Shown here: piece after piece, positions 1-10,899 of the stretch
Position numbering within the stretch: position 1 is the stretch's first letter
Layout: every line of letters begins with the position of its first letter
DNA from: Candidatus Omnitrophota bacterium
GTDB taxonomy: Bacteria; Omnitrophota; Gorgyraeia; Zapsychrales; Zapsychraceae
Assembly: GCA_015233115.1 (NCBI GenBank)
Contig: JADFYJ010000001.1
Span: forward strand, 131,084 to 195,083
DNA: 64,000 bases
Reading direction: 5' to 3'
Program-made: the position numbers and the translations under genes
The notes under the pieces: generated by a model
What the model was told of the DNA's origin: nothing
Database searches by the model: none
What the model saw: the letters and a program-made list of their open reading frames with translations, nothing else

Positions 1-17
1 ACCATACAACGATCATA

Positions 18-1055
18 TTGGCAGATGGAATCGGCTCCGGCATTAAAGCGCACATTGCATCACAGATGAATACTTCCAGGATGAGTGAGCTCTTAGACGG
101 CGGGGTTTCATTGCGTGACGCGTTTTTTAGTGTCGTCGGCACTATGAGTAAGTGGCGCGATCATACTATGCCGTTTGCGGCTTTTTTAGTCATGCGTATT
201 TTAAATGATGGAATGACTATTCTATTAAAATATGAGATGCCGCAGTCAGTTCTTTTAAATCGTAAACGCGCCGTGTTAATACCTGAAAGTCCGTTGGTGG
301 TTCCTGCCGGATTATCCAGCGAATCATATTTGCATCTCCATCCTGGTGAAGGAATTTTATTAATGAGCGATGGCATTACGCAAGCGGGAATGGGAACAAT
401 TTTTTCAAGGGGATGGTCAGCAGAAGGGGTTGAAGGTTTTTTAAGCCGTCGAGGTGTCAATGATATTAATTTTTCCCAAACTGCCCGTGATATCATTCAG
501 AAAGCGCAAGAGCATGATAAATCATTAAATGGAGACGATAAAACTGTTTTGCTGGCTCATATGAGTGTTGGTTGCGTTGTTGATGTCTTGACCGGCCCGC
601 CGACAGAGAAAACCAAAGATGCTGAAGTTGCCGCAGGTTTTTTATCTGCTGAAGGAGCGAAAGTCGTCTGTGGAGCTACCACGGCAGATATTGTGGCTAA
701 ATATTCCGGAACAAAAGTAGAAGTTGAACAGCGTCCGGCTTCATATTCAACGCCGCCGCGTTATTTTATAAACGGCATTGACCTGGTGACTGAAGGGGCC
801 GTTACGTTGACTCAAACTTATAATATTATCGAAGAAGAGGGTGTGCTTTTTCAAGATAAGTCTGCGGCTGCGGATCTGGCCGCTTTATTACAAAAAGCGG
901 ATTTTATCCGCTTCACAGTAGGCAAAGCCCGCAACCCCGCCAATGCTGATATTGTTTACCGCAAGCAAGGTATTCTTCCCAGAGAAAAAATAGTACCATT
1001 ACTTGCCCAGAAATTGGAACGAATGGGTAAACTGGTGACTGTTGCTTTTGTGTGA
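18..1055 (+). CDS. PP2C/SpoIIE-type Ser/Thr phosphatase domain protein, likely 5'-truncated by the window edge
   Basis: ORF track; contains 'DGIGSGIKA' and 'LMSDGITQ' motifs typical of PP2C/SpoIIE metal-binding loops; the frame stays open back to base 3, so the true start is probably upstream of the window; unfamiliar C-terminal ~150 aa extension. Confidence 0.45.
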   Translation: MADGIGSGIKAHIASQMNTSRMSELLDGGVSLRDAFFSVVGTMSKWRDHTMPFAAFLVMRILNDGMTILLKYEMPQSVLLNRKRAVLIPESPLVVPAGLSSESYLHLHPGEGILLMSDGITQAGMGTIFSRGWSAEGVEGFLSRRGVNDINFSQTARDIIQKAQEHDKSLNGDDKTVLLAHMSVGCVVDVLTGPPTEKTKDAEVAAGFLSAEGAKVVCGATTADIVAKYSGTKVEVEQRPASYSTPPRYFINGIDLVTEGAVTLTQTYNIIEEEGVLFQDKSAAADLAALLQKADFIRFTVGKARNPANADIVYRKQGILPREKIVPLLAQKLERMGKLVTVAFV

Positions 1056-1117
1056 CGGAAATAGGTATGCGCTACCTCAAATTACCCCTTTTTTCGCAAG
1101 TTTGTCAAAATAAATAC

Positions 1118-1145
1118 TTGACAAATGTTTTTTTCGATATATACT
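1118..1145 (+). promoter_or_regulatory. sigma70-like promoter (TTGACA-16 nt-TATACT) upstream of the Rrf2 regulator gene
   Basis: TTGACA at 1118-1123 and TATACT at 1140-1145, read directly from the sequence; lies inside the spurious N-terminal extension of ORF 1052. Confidence 0.4.
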
Positions 1146-1183
1146 CTAGTAAATCAATAGAGATACTTAATTTGGAGAGAGTG

Positions 1184-1624
1184 ATGAGGCTGACATATAA
1201 AGGTGATTACGCGTTGAAAGCAGTTTTAGATTTGGCAATTCATTATGGAGAAGGCGTGGTTACGATTCATGACATCGCTAAACGTATTGATGCGCCGGTT
1301 AAATTTCTTGAACAAATTCTCTTTGATTTAAAAAGAGGCGGATTTATTGAAAGCCGCCGCGGGAATACGGGTGGTTATTTATTATCGAAACCACCTATGC
1401 AAATTACCCTAGGCGATGTTGTGCGGCATGTTGATGGGCCGATTGAACCAATTGCTTGTGTAAATCGTGAATACACGGATTGTCAGGATATTAATAAATG
1501 TGTTTTTAAAAATATTTGGCAGGAAGTTTCTCGGGCGACAGCAAATATAATCGATAATATTACTTTTGAAAATTTAATAATACAAGCTCAAGCAAAACAA
1601 CAGGAAGTCTTCTACTCAATTTAA
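1184..1624 (+). CDS. Rrf2-family transcriptional regulator (IscR/NsrR/CymR-like)
   Basis: Translation 'MRLTYKGDYALKAVLDLA...GGYLLSKPPMQITLGDVV' matches the Rrf2 winged-helix pattern; the internal ATG at 1184 is preferred over the track's TTG start at 1052 because the promoter lies inside that extension. Confidence 0.8.
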   Translation: MRLTYKGDYALKAVLDLAIHYGEGVVTIHDIAKRIDAPVKFLEQILFDLKRGGFIESRRGNTGGYLLSKPPMQITLGDVVRHVDGPIEPIACVNREYTDCQDINKCVFKNIWQEVSRATANIIDNITFENLIIQAQAKQQEVFYSI

Positions 1625-1647
1625 GAAAGATTTTCTTCGCGGAGGGA

Positions 1648-1845
1648 ATGATGGGGCCAAAAGAACCAGTACCAAAATACAGTATAAATGACACAATTCT
1701 CAAAAATATTCGGGAAGCGATTGGATCAATTGATTTCGGTAGTGTCGAGATAAAAATCCATGATTCAAAAATAGTTCAAATTGAAGTTACGGAACGGAAA
1801 AGATTTGATGATATCTGGCGCATTGAGGGAGGAGGGGGAATATAG
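1648..1845 (+). CDS. YezD/DUF2292-like small protein
   Basis: 65 aa; 'IDFGSVEIKIHDSKIVQIEVTERKRF' resembles the DUF2292 (YezD) core; GGAGGG RBS 8 nt upstream. Confidence 0.5.
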   Translation: MMGPKEPVPKYSINDTILKNIREAIGSIDFGSVEIKIHDSKIVQIEVTERKRFDDIWRIEGGGGI

Positions 1846-2010
1846 ACAGAGTGGTAAAGGTGGTAGAGGTGATAAAGGTTGTAAAGGTTCACAAATCAAA
1901 ACAAATGCTGACTGGTCATTCCAGAGGCTTCAATTAATTAAATAATTTTAAACACCATTTGATTTGACCAGACGACTGGAGAATCCGATGAAAAATCGGA
2001 GGTATTGAAA

Positions 2011-2859
2011 ATGAAAAAGATTTCGTTATTGGCCGCATTACTAGTGTTATCAGTTTTATTTACCGTTAAAGATGTTTGGGCTGGCCCGCCGTTTAATAAT
2101 TTGGAAGGCGTGGGCGGTGTGGCCTTTAATCCTTTGGCTTATTTGGCTGAAGGAGATAAAGATTTTAAAATTGGTAATACGGATGTATTGGGGAAGCCTA
2201 GATTCGGCGGATGGTACGTGAATCTACCATCAGCTAAGATCGATTGGACATCTATAGGGATTGCAGACACCTTGTTTAAACGTGTTGAAGTGTCTTATGG
2301 ATATCAGACTATTAATTGGGAGAATCATCCTACCTTCCATAAGAATAATATTGGCGCAAAGGTTTTGCTATTAAATGAAAATGCGTTTGAAACCAAATTT
2401 GTTCCGGCCATTTCTGTTGGAACAATATATAAGCGGACCAGTTCTGCTTCGTTACGGGAAGCAGGGCTCACAAATCTGCGTGCCAGCGGCGAAGATTGGT
2501 ACGCAGTGGCTACTAAAACAATTACTCAATTGCCGGTGCCGGTTATTCTTTCCGGTGGAGTGCTCTCTTCTGGAGAATACGTGACTGGCGTGTTGGGATT
2601 CAATAATAAAAGGAAGACTACCGGATTTGCCAACGTGGATGTTGTTCTTCCTCACGGTATTGTTGTTGGCGCGGAATATAAGCAGGGTGAAAAGTTTGCG
2701 ACAGTTAAAAATCATGATTACTGGGATGCGCATTTGGCGTGGCTGGCTAATAAAGATTTGACATTGATCGCCGCGTATACTGGAACAGGCGCTTATGGTA
2801 AAGGAACTAACACAGGGTTGGGTAATGGAGTAGTCTTAAGCGCACAGTTTGCATTTTAA
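2011..2859 (+). CDS. outer-membrane beta-barrel (porin-like) protein
   Basis: Signal peptide MKKISLLAALLVLSVLFTVKDVWA; alternating amphipathic strands; ends in -AQFAF (C-terminal Phe typical of outer-membrane barrels); GGAGGT RBS; ATG at 2011 preferred over TTG at 2005. Confidence 0.55.
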   Translation: MKKISLLAALLVLSVLFTVKDVWAGPPFNNLEGVGGVAFNPLAYLAEGDKDFKIGNTDVLGKPRFGGWYVNLPSAKIDWTSIGIADTLFKRVEVSYGYQTINWENHPTFHKNNIGAKVLLLNENAFETKFVPAISVGTIYKRTSSASLREAGLTNLRASGEDWYAVATKTITQLPVPVILSGGVLSSGEYVTGVLGFNNKRKTTGFANVDVVLPHGIVVGAEYKQGEKFATVKNHDYWDAHLAWLANKDLTLIAAYTGTGAYGKGTNTGLGNGVVLSAQFAF

Positions 2860-2865
2860 GATATA

Positions 2866-4390
<1,525 letters not shown>

Positions 4391-4403
4391 AAAGGAGATT
4401 ATT

Positions 4404-5336
4404 ATGGCGAGGATATTTAGTGACATAACAAAAACGATCGGCAATACGCCGTTGGTGAAATTGAATCGTATCACTGAAGGGCTAAAAGCCACTATTGTTG
4501 TTAAACTCGAATCATTTAATCCTCTTTCCAGTGTTAAAGATCGTCTTGGAATCGCATTGATTGATGACGCGGAACGAAAAGGATTAATAAAAAAAAATAC
4601 GGTGATAATTGAACCGACGAGTGGAAACACCGGAATCGCTCTGGCGTTTATCGCCGCGGCTAAAGGTTATAAACTCATTCTTACCATGCCTGACACGATG
4701 AGCCTCGAACGTCGGCAATTGTTAAAGATTTTTGGCGCGGAATTGGTCTTGACGGAAGGCGTAAAAGGCATGCGCGGCGCTGTTGAGAAAGCCGAAGAAT
4801 TAGCAAAAACGACCCCGAACAGTTTTGTGCCGCAGCAATTCAATAATCCGGCCAATCCAGAGATTCACCGCAAAACAACAGCGGAGGAAATCTGGAATGA
4901 TACTGACGGTAAAGTTGATATTCTTATTTCGGGCGTTGGTACCGGCGGAACAATTACCGGTGTTGCGGAAGTGCTTAAAAAACGTAAACCTGGTTTTAAG
5001 GCTATTGCTATTGAACCTGACGCCTCACCTGTTTTGTCGGGTGGATCGCCAGGAGCGCATAAAATCCAAGGAATTGGGGCAGGGTTTGTTCCGCAAGTGC
5101 TTAATCGCAGTGCTATCGATGAAGTTATCCGGGTGACTAATGATAATGCTGGTGAAGTTGCTAGGCAGATCGCAAAATTGGAAGGTATTCTCGTAGGGAT
5201 ATCAAGCGGAGCCGCATTATGGGCCGCGTTAGAGGTCGCCAAACGAACAGAAAACAATGGAAAACTTATTGTCGTTATTTTACCTGATACAGGCGAACGA
5301 TATTTGACGACATGGTTATTTCAAGATTATAAATGA
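4404..5336 (+). CDS. cysK: cysteine synthase A (O-acetylserine sulfhydrylase)
   Basis: '[13 protein letters not shown]...[11 protein letters not shown]...[12 protein letters not shown]' PLP fold type II; AAAGGAG RBS; only 13 nt after metY, so probably an operon. Confidence 0.85.
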   Translation: MARIFSDITKTIGNTPLVKLNRITEGLKATIVVKLESFNPLSSVKDRLGIALIDDAERKGLIKKNTVIIEPTSGNTGIALAFIAAAKGYKLILTMPDTMSLERRQLLKIFGAELVLTEGVKGMRGAVEKAEELAKTTPNSFVPQQFNNPANPEIHRKTTAEEIWNDTDGKVDILISGVGTGGTITGVAEVLKKRKPGFKAIAIEPDASPVLSGGSPGAHKIQGIGAGFVPQVLNRSAIDEVIRVTNDNAGEVARQIAKLEGILVGISSGAALWAALEVAKRTENNGKLIVVILPDTGERYLTTWLFQDYK

Positions 5337-5349
5337 GTGCTAATAAAAC

Positions 5350-5549
5350 CCCAATTCCGAAGATAAATTCGTAATTGGGAGTACGTAGTATGTCGTATGT
5401 AGCATGTAGCGACGATATTTTAATAAATAATGCTTTTAAAAATATAAATATTTTTTGACCCAAAGGGTGAAAATTTCCAACAACCACATACTGCATACTA
5501 CGAACGACATACTCCCCTAATTCCTGATCTTTAATTCGGAATTAGGGTC
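5350..5549. repeat. ~65-bp imperfect inverted repeat pair flanking a ~70-bp AT-rich core, MITE-like
   Basis: Left arm 5350-5413 versus the reverse complement of right arm 5484-5549 share ccc(c/t)aattccgaa... and ...agtatgtcgt(a/t)..gtagtatg; each arm also holds its own hairpin (cctaattcc/ggaattagg). Confidence 0.4.
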
Positions 5550-5569
5550 AAAAGACAGCGCGATCTAAC

Positions 5570-5833
5570 ATGAAGACGACAAAAGTTAAAGTTAATAATC
5601 CTTATGGGCTCCATTTGCGTCCTTCTGCAAAAGTCGTAAATGCGGCTCGGTCGTTAAAATCGAAAATCACATTGACTTTTAATAAGAAAACGGCTGATTC
5701 GGCATCCATATTAGAAATTATCGCGCTGGGAGCGACGTCTGGCGCGGAGATTGAAATTTTGGCTGAAGGATCTGACGAGAATGCCGCTGTTCAACTCTTT
5801 ACTGAAATGTTCCGTGATGGCGCGGGGATTTAA
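5570..5833 (+). CDS. ptsH: phosphocarrier protein HPr
   Basis: 87 aa; 'NPYGLHLRPSAKVV' is HPr His15-region-like and the C-terminal 'EILAEGSDENAAVQ' fits; standalone. Confidence 0.7.
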   Translation: MKTTKVKVNNPYGLHLRPSAKVVNAARSLKSKITLTFNKKTADSASILEIIALGATSGAEIEILAEGSDENAAVQLFTEMFRDGAGI

Positions 5834-6090
5834 ACGGGCAATAGAAGGAGAATATTTCAGATGAATATATTTATCTCAAGCCACGCAGTACAAAGATTTT
5901 TCGGAATACATGGCCCGGAATAGTAAAGAAGATTTAAAAGAGTTCTGCATTCGTTATAAAGAGATACCAGGTTTTGATGAAGATAAAAATTATTATTATG
6001 ACTGGGGCTCAGACGCGATATTTTCTCTGGCAGGACGCGGTACAGGAGAATGCTCGGCCGGGCTTTCTGACCTCATTAATAAAGTTAAAT

Positions 6091-7197
6091 ATGAATAATA
6101 AATTTCAGACTATAGCTGTTGGCATGAGCGGCGGTGTTGATTCTACGGTTGCCGCATACTTATTAAAAGAAGAAGGTCATAAGGTTATTGGAATCACCAT
6201 GAAAATTTGGGACAATTCTTTTGCTGTAAACGGGCCTTTAAGAAGCGGTTGTTATGGGCCAGGTGAAGAGAAAGATATCGAAGAAGCACAAAAAGCCGCA
6301 AAAAGGCTAGGGATCCCATATTACGTTGTAGGTTTAGAGGAAGAATATAAAAATTCGGTTCTTACTTATTTTCGTGAAGAATATTTGTGTGGTAAAACGC
6401 CTAATCCATGCGCAATATGCAATCAAAAGATAAAGTTTGGCTTACTGCTGGATAAAGCCCAACAATCAGGAATTAAGTTTGATTCTTTTGCGACAGGGCA
6501 TTATGTGAGAGCAGAGTTTGACTCAACATCCAGCCGCTATCTTTTAAAAAAAGGCCTTGATCAAAAAAAAGATCAATCATATTTTCTTTATCGGCTTAAT
6601 CAAGGACAGCTAAAAAAAGTTTGTTTTCCGTTAGGGAAATATTCTAAACAAGAAATAAAAGATCTGGCCGAGAAGATTGGGTTCAAAGATTTTGTTGAGA
6701 AACCAGAAAGCCAGGATTTTTTTGAAGGCAGTGATTACTCTGTTTTTTTTAAAGATCAGCAAATTCTCCCGGGAGATATTGTTGATTTATCAGGCAAAGT
6801 CGTCGGCCGTCATGAAGGATTGATTCATTATACCATTGGACAAAGAAAAGGACTTAATCTGGGAGGACTCAAAGAGCCGGTCTATGTTATTCGGATCGAT
6901 AGTTGTCATAATCAAATTGTTGTAGGTCTAAAAGAAAATCTTTTGTCGGACAGCCTTCTTGTAAATGAATTGAATTGGATTTCTATTCCTGAGATAACAA
7001 GCAAAATAAAGGCCTATGCTAAAATACGGTCCCAACATATTGAACAGCCTTGTACAATTATACCGTTTAATTCCAATAGAGTTAAAGTGGAATTTGATCA
7101 ACCGCAAATGTCCATTACTCCCGGGCAATCAATTGTGTTTTACGACGGTGATTCTGTGATGGGGGGTGGAATTATTGATAAAGCAGGTATTGAATAA
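6091..7197 (+). CDS. mnmA: tRNA-specific 2-thiouridylase MnmA
   Basis: 'IAVGMSGGVDSTVAAYLLKEEGHKVIGITMKIWD' PP-loop; 'CGKTPNPCAICN'; the conserved start at ATG 6091 is used instead of the track's TTG at 5974. Confidence 0.85.
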   Translation: MNNKFQTIAVGMSGGVDSTVAAYLLKEEGHKVIGITMKIWDNSFAVNGPLRSGCYGPGEEKDIEEAQKAAKRLGIPYYVVGLEEEYKNSVLTYFREEYLCGKTPNPCAICNQKIKFGLLLDKAQQSGIKFDSFATGHYVRAEFDSTSSRYLLKKGLDQKKDQSYFLYRLNQGQLKKVCFPLGKYSKQEIKDLAEKIGFKDFVEKPESQDFFEGSDYSVFFKDQQILPGDIVDLSGKVVGRHEGLIHYTIGQRKGLNLGGLKEPVYVIRIDSCHNQIVVGLKENLLSDSLLVNELNWISIPEITSKIKAYAKIRSQHIEQPCTIIPFNSNRVKVEFDQPQMSITPGQSIVFYDGDSVMGGGIIDKAGIE

Positions 7198-7297
7198 TAT
7201 ATTTTAAGTAACAAAAGACTGACCAGATAACTGGAAGCCTAATGTGTTCAGGAACCCCCTGAAGTGCTTTGGGCTTTTTTAAAAGAAATTTTGAGCA

Positions 7298-7348
7298 GGA
7301 CGGGACAACCCACTACCAAGGAAAATATCCAAGGCAGTGGGTTTTTTT
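7298..7348 (+). terminator. rho-independent terminator after mnmA
   Basis: cccactacc...ggcagtggg stem followed by TTTTTTT. Confidence 0.45.
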
Positions 7349-7383
7349 ATTTATAAATTAATAAACCAAAAAAGGAGAAAAAC

Positions 7384-7689
7384 ATGTCTCACATCAATCG
7401 TTCAGAATTATTAAAAAACAAGGAAGTGCTCGGCGAAATCAACAGATATAAAGATATCGAAAGCGGGAAAGCCGGGTATGATATCGGTTTAGAAAAAGCA
7501 TCACGGGAATGGTTTGACCGATATGCCGAAATATGGGTTGTACGCTGGTCTAATAAACGCGTGAACTATCATTTAAAATCAAAAAATTACAAATTGAGCG
7601 GGGAATTAGTTATCATAAAGCGGAGGTTATCACCACCAAAGAATTGGTGTATTCGTGAAATTATTAAAATTTCAGAGATACAGTATTAA
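7384..7689 (+). CDS. hypothetical protein
   Basis: ORF with an AAGGAGAAAA RBS; no recognisable domain. Confidence 0.3.
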   Translation: MSHINRSELLKNKEVLGEINRYKDIESGKAGYDIGLEKASREWFDRYAEIWVVRWSNKRVNYHLKSKNYKLSGELVIIKRRLSPPKNWCIREIIKISEIQY

Positions 7690-7802
7690 TTAATTAAATC
7701 AAAAATCATCAAATAATAAGTTAAGATCTGTGTTCTAAAATTAATATAATTTTTTGGATAGACAATCTGGTTTAATTTTGGTATAAGATATGTCTCTTTG
7801 AT

Positions 7803-7876
7803 GCGCCCATAGCTCAATTGGATAGAGCGTCTGTCTACGGAACAGAAGGTTAGAGGTTCAAGTCCTCTTGGGCGCG
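7803..7876 (+). tRNA. tRNA-Arg (anticodon ACG)
   Basis: Manual cloverleaf: acceptor GCGCCCA/TGGGCGC, D arm GCTC..GAGC, anticodon stem TCTGT/ACAGA with loop CTACGGA, T arm AGAGG-TTCAAGT-CCTCT. Confidence 0.85.
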
Positions 7877-8063
7877 TTTTCTATTATGCACTGCTAGTTA
7901 ATTTTTGGAAGCGTCACTACATTTGGATGGATGATTTGAATTTCTTTTGTCGGGCGCGTTTTTTTAGGGTGTTATTTTATTTGTTTTTAATTTTTTTGAT
8001 AATCTTATGAACTCTCCATTTATTTCAGATTTGAATTCTCCCATTTCTTTAAATAATTTTTTT

Positions 8064-8513
8064 ATGCAGGAAGCTCTTCGGGAAGCCAAAAAGGCTTATG
8101 ACAAGGATGAAGTGCCTGTCGGCGCGGTTATTGTGCATGAGAATAAAATTATTGCCCGGGCGCATAATCAGGTAGAGATGTTGAGAGATCCGACGGCGCA
8201 TGCGGAAATGATCGCGATTACGCAGGCAACCAGTGCATTGTCTTCAAAATGGTTGAATGATTGTATTATGTATGTGACTCTTGAACCCTGTTGTATGTGT
8301 GCGGGGGCGATGGTGTTGGCTCGCGTTAAAAAATTGGTTTATGGCGCTAATGATCCCAAAACCGGGGCTTGTGGATCTGTGTTGGATATTATTAATCATG
8401 AAGTGTTGAATCACCATGTAGATATGGAAAAGGGTGTGTTGGCTGAAGAGTGCGCGTATTTGCTGAGCAGTTTTTTTCAAGAGAAGCGAAAAAAGAATAA
8501 TGGGCTGAATTGA
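8064..8513 (+). CDS. tadA: tRNA-specific adenosine-34 deaminase
   Basis: 'HAEMIAI' and 'LEPCCMCAGAM' cytidine/adenosine deaminase zinc motifs; about 150 aa from the ATG at 8064 (the track starts at 8007). Confidence 0.85.
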   Translation: MQEALREAKKAYDKDEVPVGAVIVHENKIIARAHNQVEMLRDPTAHAEMIAITQATSALSSKWLNDCIMYVTLEPCCMCAGAMVLARVKKLVYGANDPKTGACGSVLDIINHEVLNHHVDMEKGVLAEECAYLLSSFFQEKRKKNNGLN

Positions 8514-8597
8514 ATATATAAGTAGAAGTGGATATTTATATTTGGTTCTTTACACAGAAAATAAAATCTGATATAACTAGACCCGATTTTGATGGAT

Positions 8598-8684
8598 GGA
8601 GAGGTGCCGGAGTGGCCGAACGGAGCTGCCTGCTAAGCAGTTGATCTCGTAAGGGATCCCAGGGTTCGAATCCCTGCCTCTCCG
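8598..8684 (+). tRNA. tRNA-Ser (anticodon GCT)
   Basis: Acceptor GGAGAGG/CCTCTCC, anticodon loop CTGCTAA, long variable arm, T loop TTCGAAT. Confidence 0.85.
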
Positions 8685-8736
8685 TTTTAAATTTACATAG
8701 CTTTTGTCTTGCAAAAACTTCGTTTTAGGGCACATC

Positions 8737-9075
8737 ATGAAAATTATTACTGATACATTATCAACTGATGAACTTAAGCAAATGGCTACGGACACGTTTG
8801 GGAATTTGGTTAAAGCCGTTGTTGATGTTGATCGAGAACTTATCGCGGTTGACGCTGAACTTCATTCAGATCTGGAAGCAGAACTTCTTACCGATGGATC
8901 AAAACAAGAAAATCTTTGGGGAATTAATTTTTATCCGGAAATGCAAGGGGACGATTTTATTGAGTTTGATTCCATGATTAATGTTCGCCCATCGCAAGGG
9001 AATAGGACGCGTGGTGTTAATGATGAAGTCATTCGTAAGAAAATAATCGCGCTTGTTGCTAAAAGGATTAAATAA
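8737..9075 (+). CDS. hypothetical small acidic protein
   Basis: ORF; ATG at 8737 preferred; its stop overlaps the next start (TAATG). Confidence 0.4.
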   Translation: MKIITDTLSTDELKQMATDTFGNLVKAVVDVDRELIAVDAELHSDLEAELLTDGSKQENLWGINFYPEMQGDDFIEFDSMINVRPSQGNRTRGVNDEVIRKKIIALVAKRIK

Positions 9076-9407
9076 TGAGTTTACAGCATAAAGACTTGGC
9101 TGCAGGACGATGGAGTCATTTGTCGTTTTGTGAACAAATGGCTAATGTGGGAAGTGAAGTAGAACGTGCTTTGATTTGGCGGGCTAAGAAAAATGCCGAT
9201 TACAGCCAAAAAGCTTTTGACCGGGCGTTAGAACTTATTGACTTAACTTTAGTTTATCTTAAAATTTTTTCCCGTCTCAAAGAAATCGCCCGCGTACGGG
9301 AAGCACTTGTTGATTATTTTTACGGAGACAATCAGTTTGAGTCAACAGAGTCTTCGTGGAGAAATTATTTTATGCCTTTTACATATGCGGCACGAAAAAA
9401 TTCTTAA
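9075..9407 (+). CDS. hypothetical protein, translationally coupled to the upstream ORF
   Basis: ORF track; no recognisable motif. Confidence 0.4.
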   Translation: MSLQHKDLAAGRWSHLSFCEQMANVGSEVERALIWRAKKNADYSQKAFDRALELIDLTLVYLKIFSRLKEIARVREALVDYFYGDNQFESTESSWRNYFMPFTYAARKNS

Positions 9408-9428
9408 TCAATTAACAGAAAGGATTCT

Positions 9429-10886
9429 ATGACCCTCATTTGTTTAATCATTTTTCTGTTTTTAATGGTGCTGGTCGGTATTTGGGGAATGAAGAAAACT
9501 GAGACTTTGGGAGATTTTCTTTTGGGCGGGCGGAGTATTGGGCCTTGGTTTTCCGCTTTTGCTTATGCGGCCACTTATTTTTCTGCTGTGCTTTTTATTG
9601 GTTTTGCCGGAAAAATCGGATGGGGGTTTGGGTTAAGAGGATTGTGGATTGCGGCAGGTAATGCTTTAATTGGTTCATTATTAGCTTGGTGGATCTTGGG
9701 ACGCCGGACCCGCCGGATGACGAAAAATTTAGAGGCTATGACTATGCCGGAATTCCTTCAGGAACGTTATGAAGGAAAATATATTAAAATGTTTGGGGCT
9801 GTTATTACTTTTGTTTTTTTAATTCCATATTCTGCTTCAGTATTTAAGGGATTAGGATATCTTTTTCAGGTAAATTTTAATATAAGCTATGATACTGCCC
9901 TTTTGGTAATGATTGGGATCACTGGGTTATATTTAGTCCTAGGTGGTTATTTTGCGGTTATTCTGACCGATTTTTTCCAAGGGATTATTAAAATTTTCGG
10001 TGCGTCATTAATGGTGTGGGTGATTGTTAGTAAGAGCGGTGGTTTATCGCATACGATTAACGCGATTTCTTTAGCATACAACCAGCACATTCCCGTTGCC
10101 AAACAGCCAGGAACTTTTTTATTGGCATGCTTGGTATTTATGACTTCTTTTGGGGCATGGGGTATGCCGCAGATGGTGCAGAAATTTTACAGCATAAAAG
10201 ATGAGACTATGATCAAAACGGCAGCGATTATAACATTTTTATTTGCGGCGATTGTTAGTTTTGCCGCGTATTTTGTCGGCGCATCAGCGCATCTATTTTA
10301 TGATAAACTTCCATTATTAGCGAATGGCAAACCAGCCTTTGACCGGATTATACCCGATCTATTAATTCATCAATTGCCGGAATCATTAATGGCGATCATT
10401 CTTTTGCTGATTTTGTCAGCATCGATGTCAACCTTATCGTCTTTGATTTTGGTTTCCGCCTCAGCGATCACGGTTGATCTTCATAAGGGCTATATTGATC
10501 CTCATCAGCCGAAAGAAAAATCGCTGGGTATGATGCGTTTATTTAGTGGATTGTTCATTATTTTATCTTATGTATTAGCGCGGTATCAATTCGCATTTAT
10601 TGTCACTTTAATGGCTTTGTCATGGGGGGCTGTAGCCGGTTCATTTTTAGCGCCTTATGTGTATGGTTTATTTTGGAAACGAGCCACACGCGCCGGAGTT
10701 TGGCTGGGTATGATTACCGGGTTAGTTACCAGTGTTTCGTTATTTTTCTTATGGGGTCAAGATAAATCACCGATCGCGTCTTCAATCGGCATGATCGTTC
10801 CGTTTTTTATTATTCCGTTAGTTAGTATGTTCACCAAGCCGCCTTCGCAGGCAACTTTGGATAAGGCATTTAATTTTAAAATGTAA
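9429..10886 (+). CDS. sodium:solute symporter (SSS family) permease
   Basis: 485 aa, about 13 transmembrane segments; 'LGGRSIGPWFSAFAYAATYFSAVLFIGFAG' is typical of the SSS N-terminus. Confidence 0.75.
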   Translation: MTLICLIIFLFLMVLVGIWGMKKTETLGDFLLGGRSIGPWFSAFAYAATYFSAVLFIGFAGKIGWGFGLRGLWIAAGNALIGSLLAWWILGRRTRRMTKNLEAMTMPEFLQERYEGKYIKMFGAVITFVFLIPYSASVFKGLGYLFQVNFNISYDTALLVMIGITGLYLVLGGYFAVILTDFFQGIIKIFGASLMVWVIVSKSGGLSHTINAISLAYNQHIPVAKQPGTFLLACLVFMTSFGAWGMPQMVQKFYSIKDETMIKTAAIITFLFAAIVSFAAYFVGASAHLFYDKLPLLANGKPAFDRIIPDLLIHQLPESLMAIILLLILSASMSTLSSLILVSASAITVDLHKGYIDPHQPKEKSLGMMRLFSGLFIILSYVLARYQFAFIVTLMALSWGAVAGSFLAPYVYGLFWKRATRAGVWLGMITGLVTSVSLFFLWGQDKSPIASSIGMIVPFFIIPLVSMFTKPPSQATLDKAFNFKM

Positions 10887-10899
10887 TGAAAGTTTTTAA

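Noticed and set aside
1052-1183. N-terminal extensions of the Rrf2 gene (and similarly metY from 3023, mnmA from 5974, tadA from 8007, ilvD from 20088, endoV-like from 45084)
   Set aside because: The extensions start at TTG or lack an RBS, and run through promoter or intergenic repeats. Conserved protein N-termini begin at the internal ATGs used in the feature table.
7953-7963. Duplicate of the tRNA-Arg 3' end (gggcgcgtttt) as an island att site
   Set aside because: Only 11 nt, too short to distinguish from chance, and no integrase adjacent.
8577-8795. 72-aa - strand ORF
   Set aside because: Overlaps tRNA-Ser on the opposite strand; spurious.
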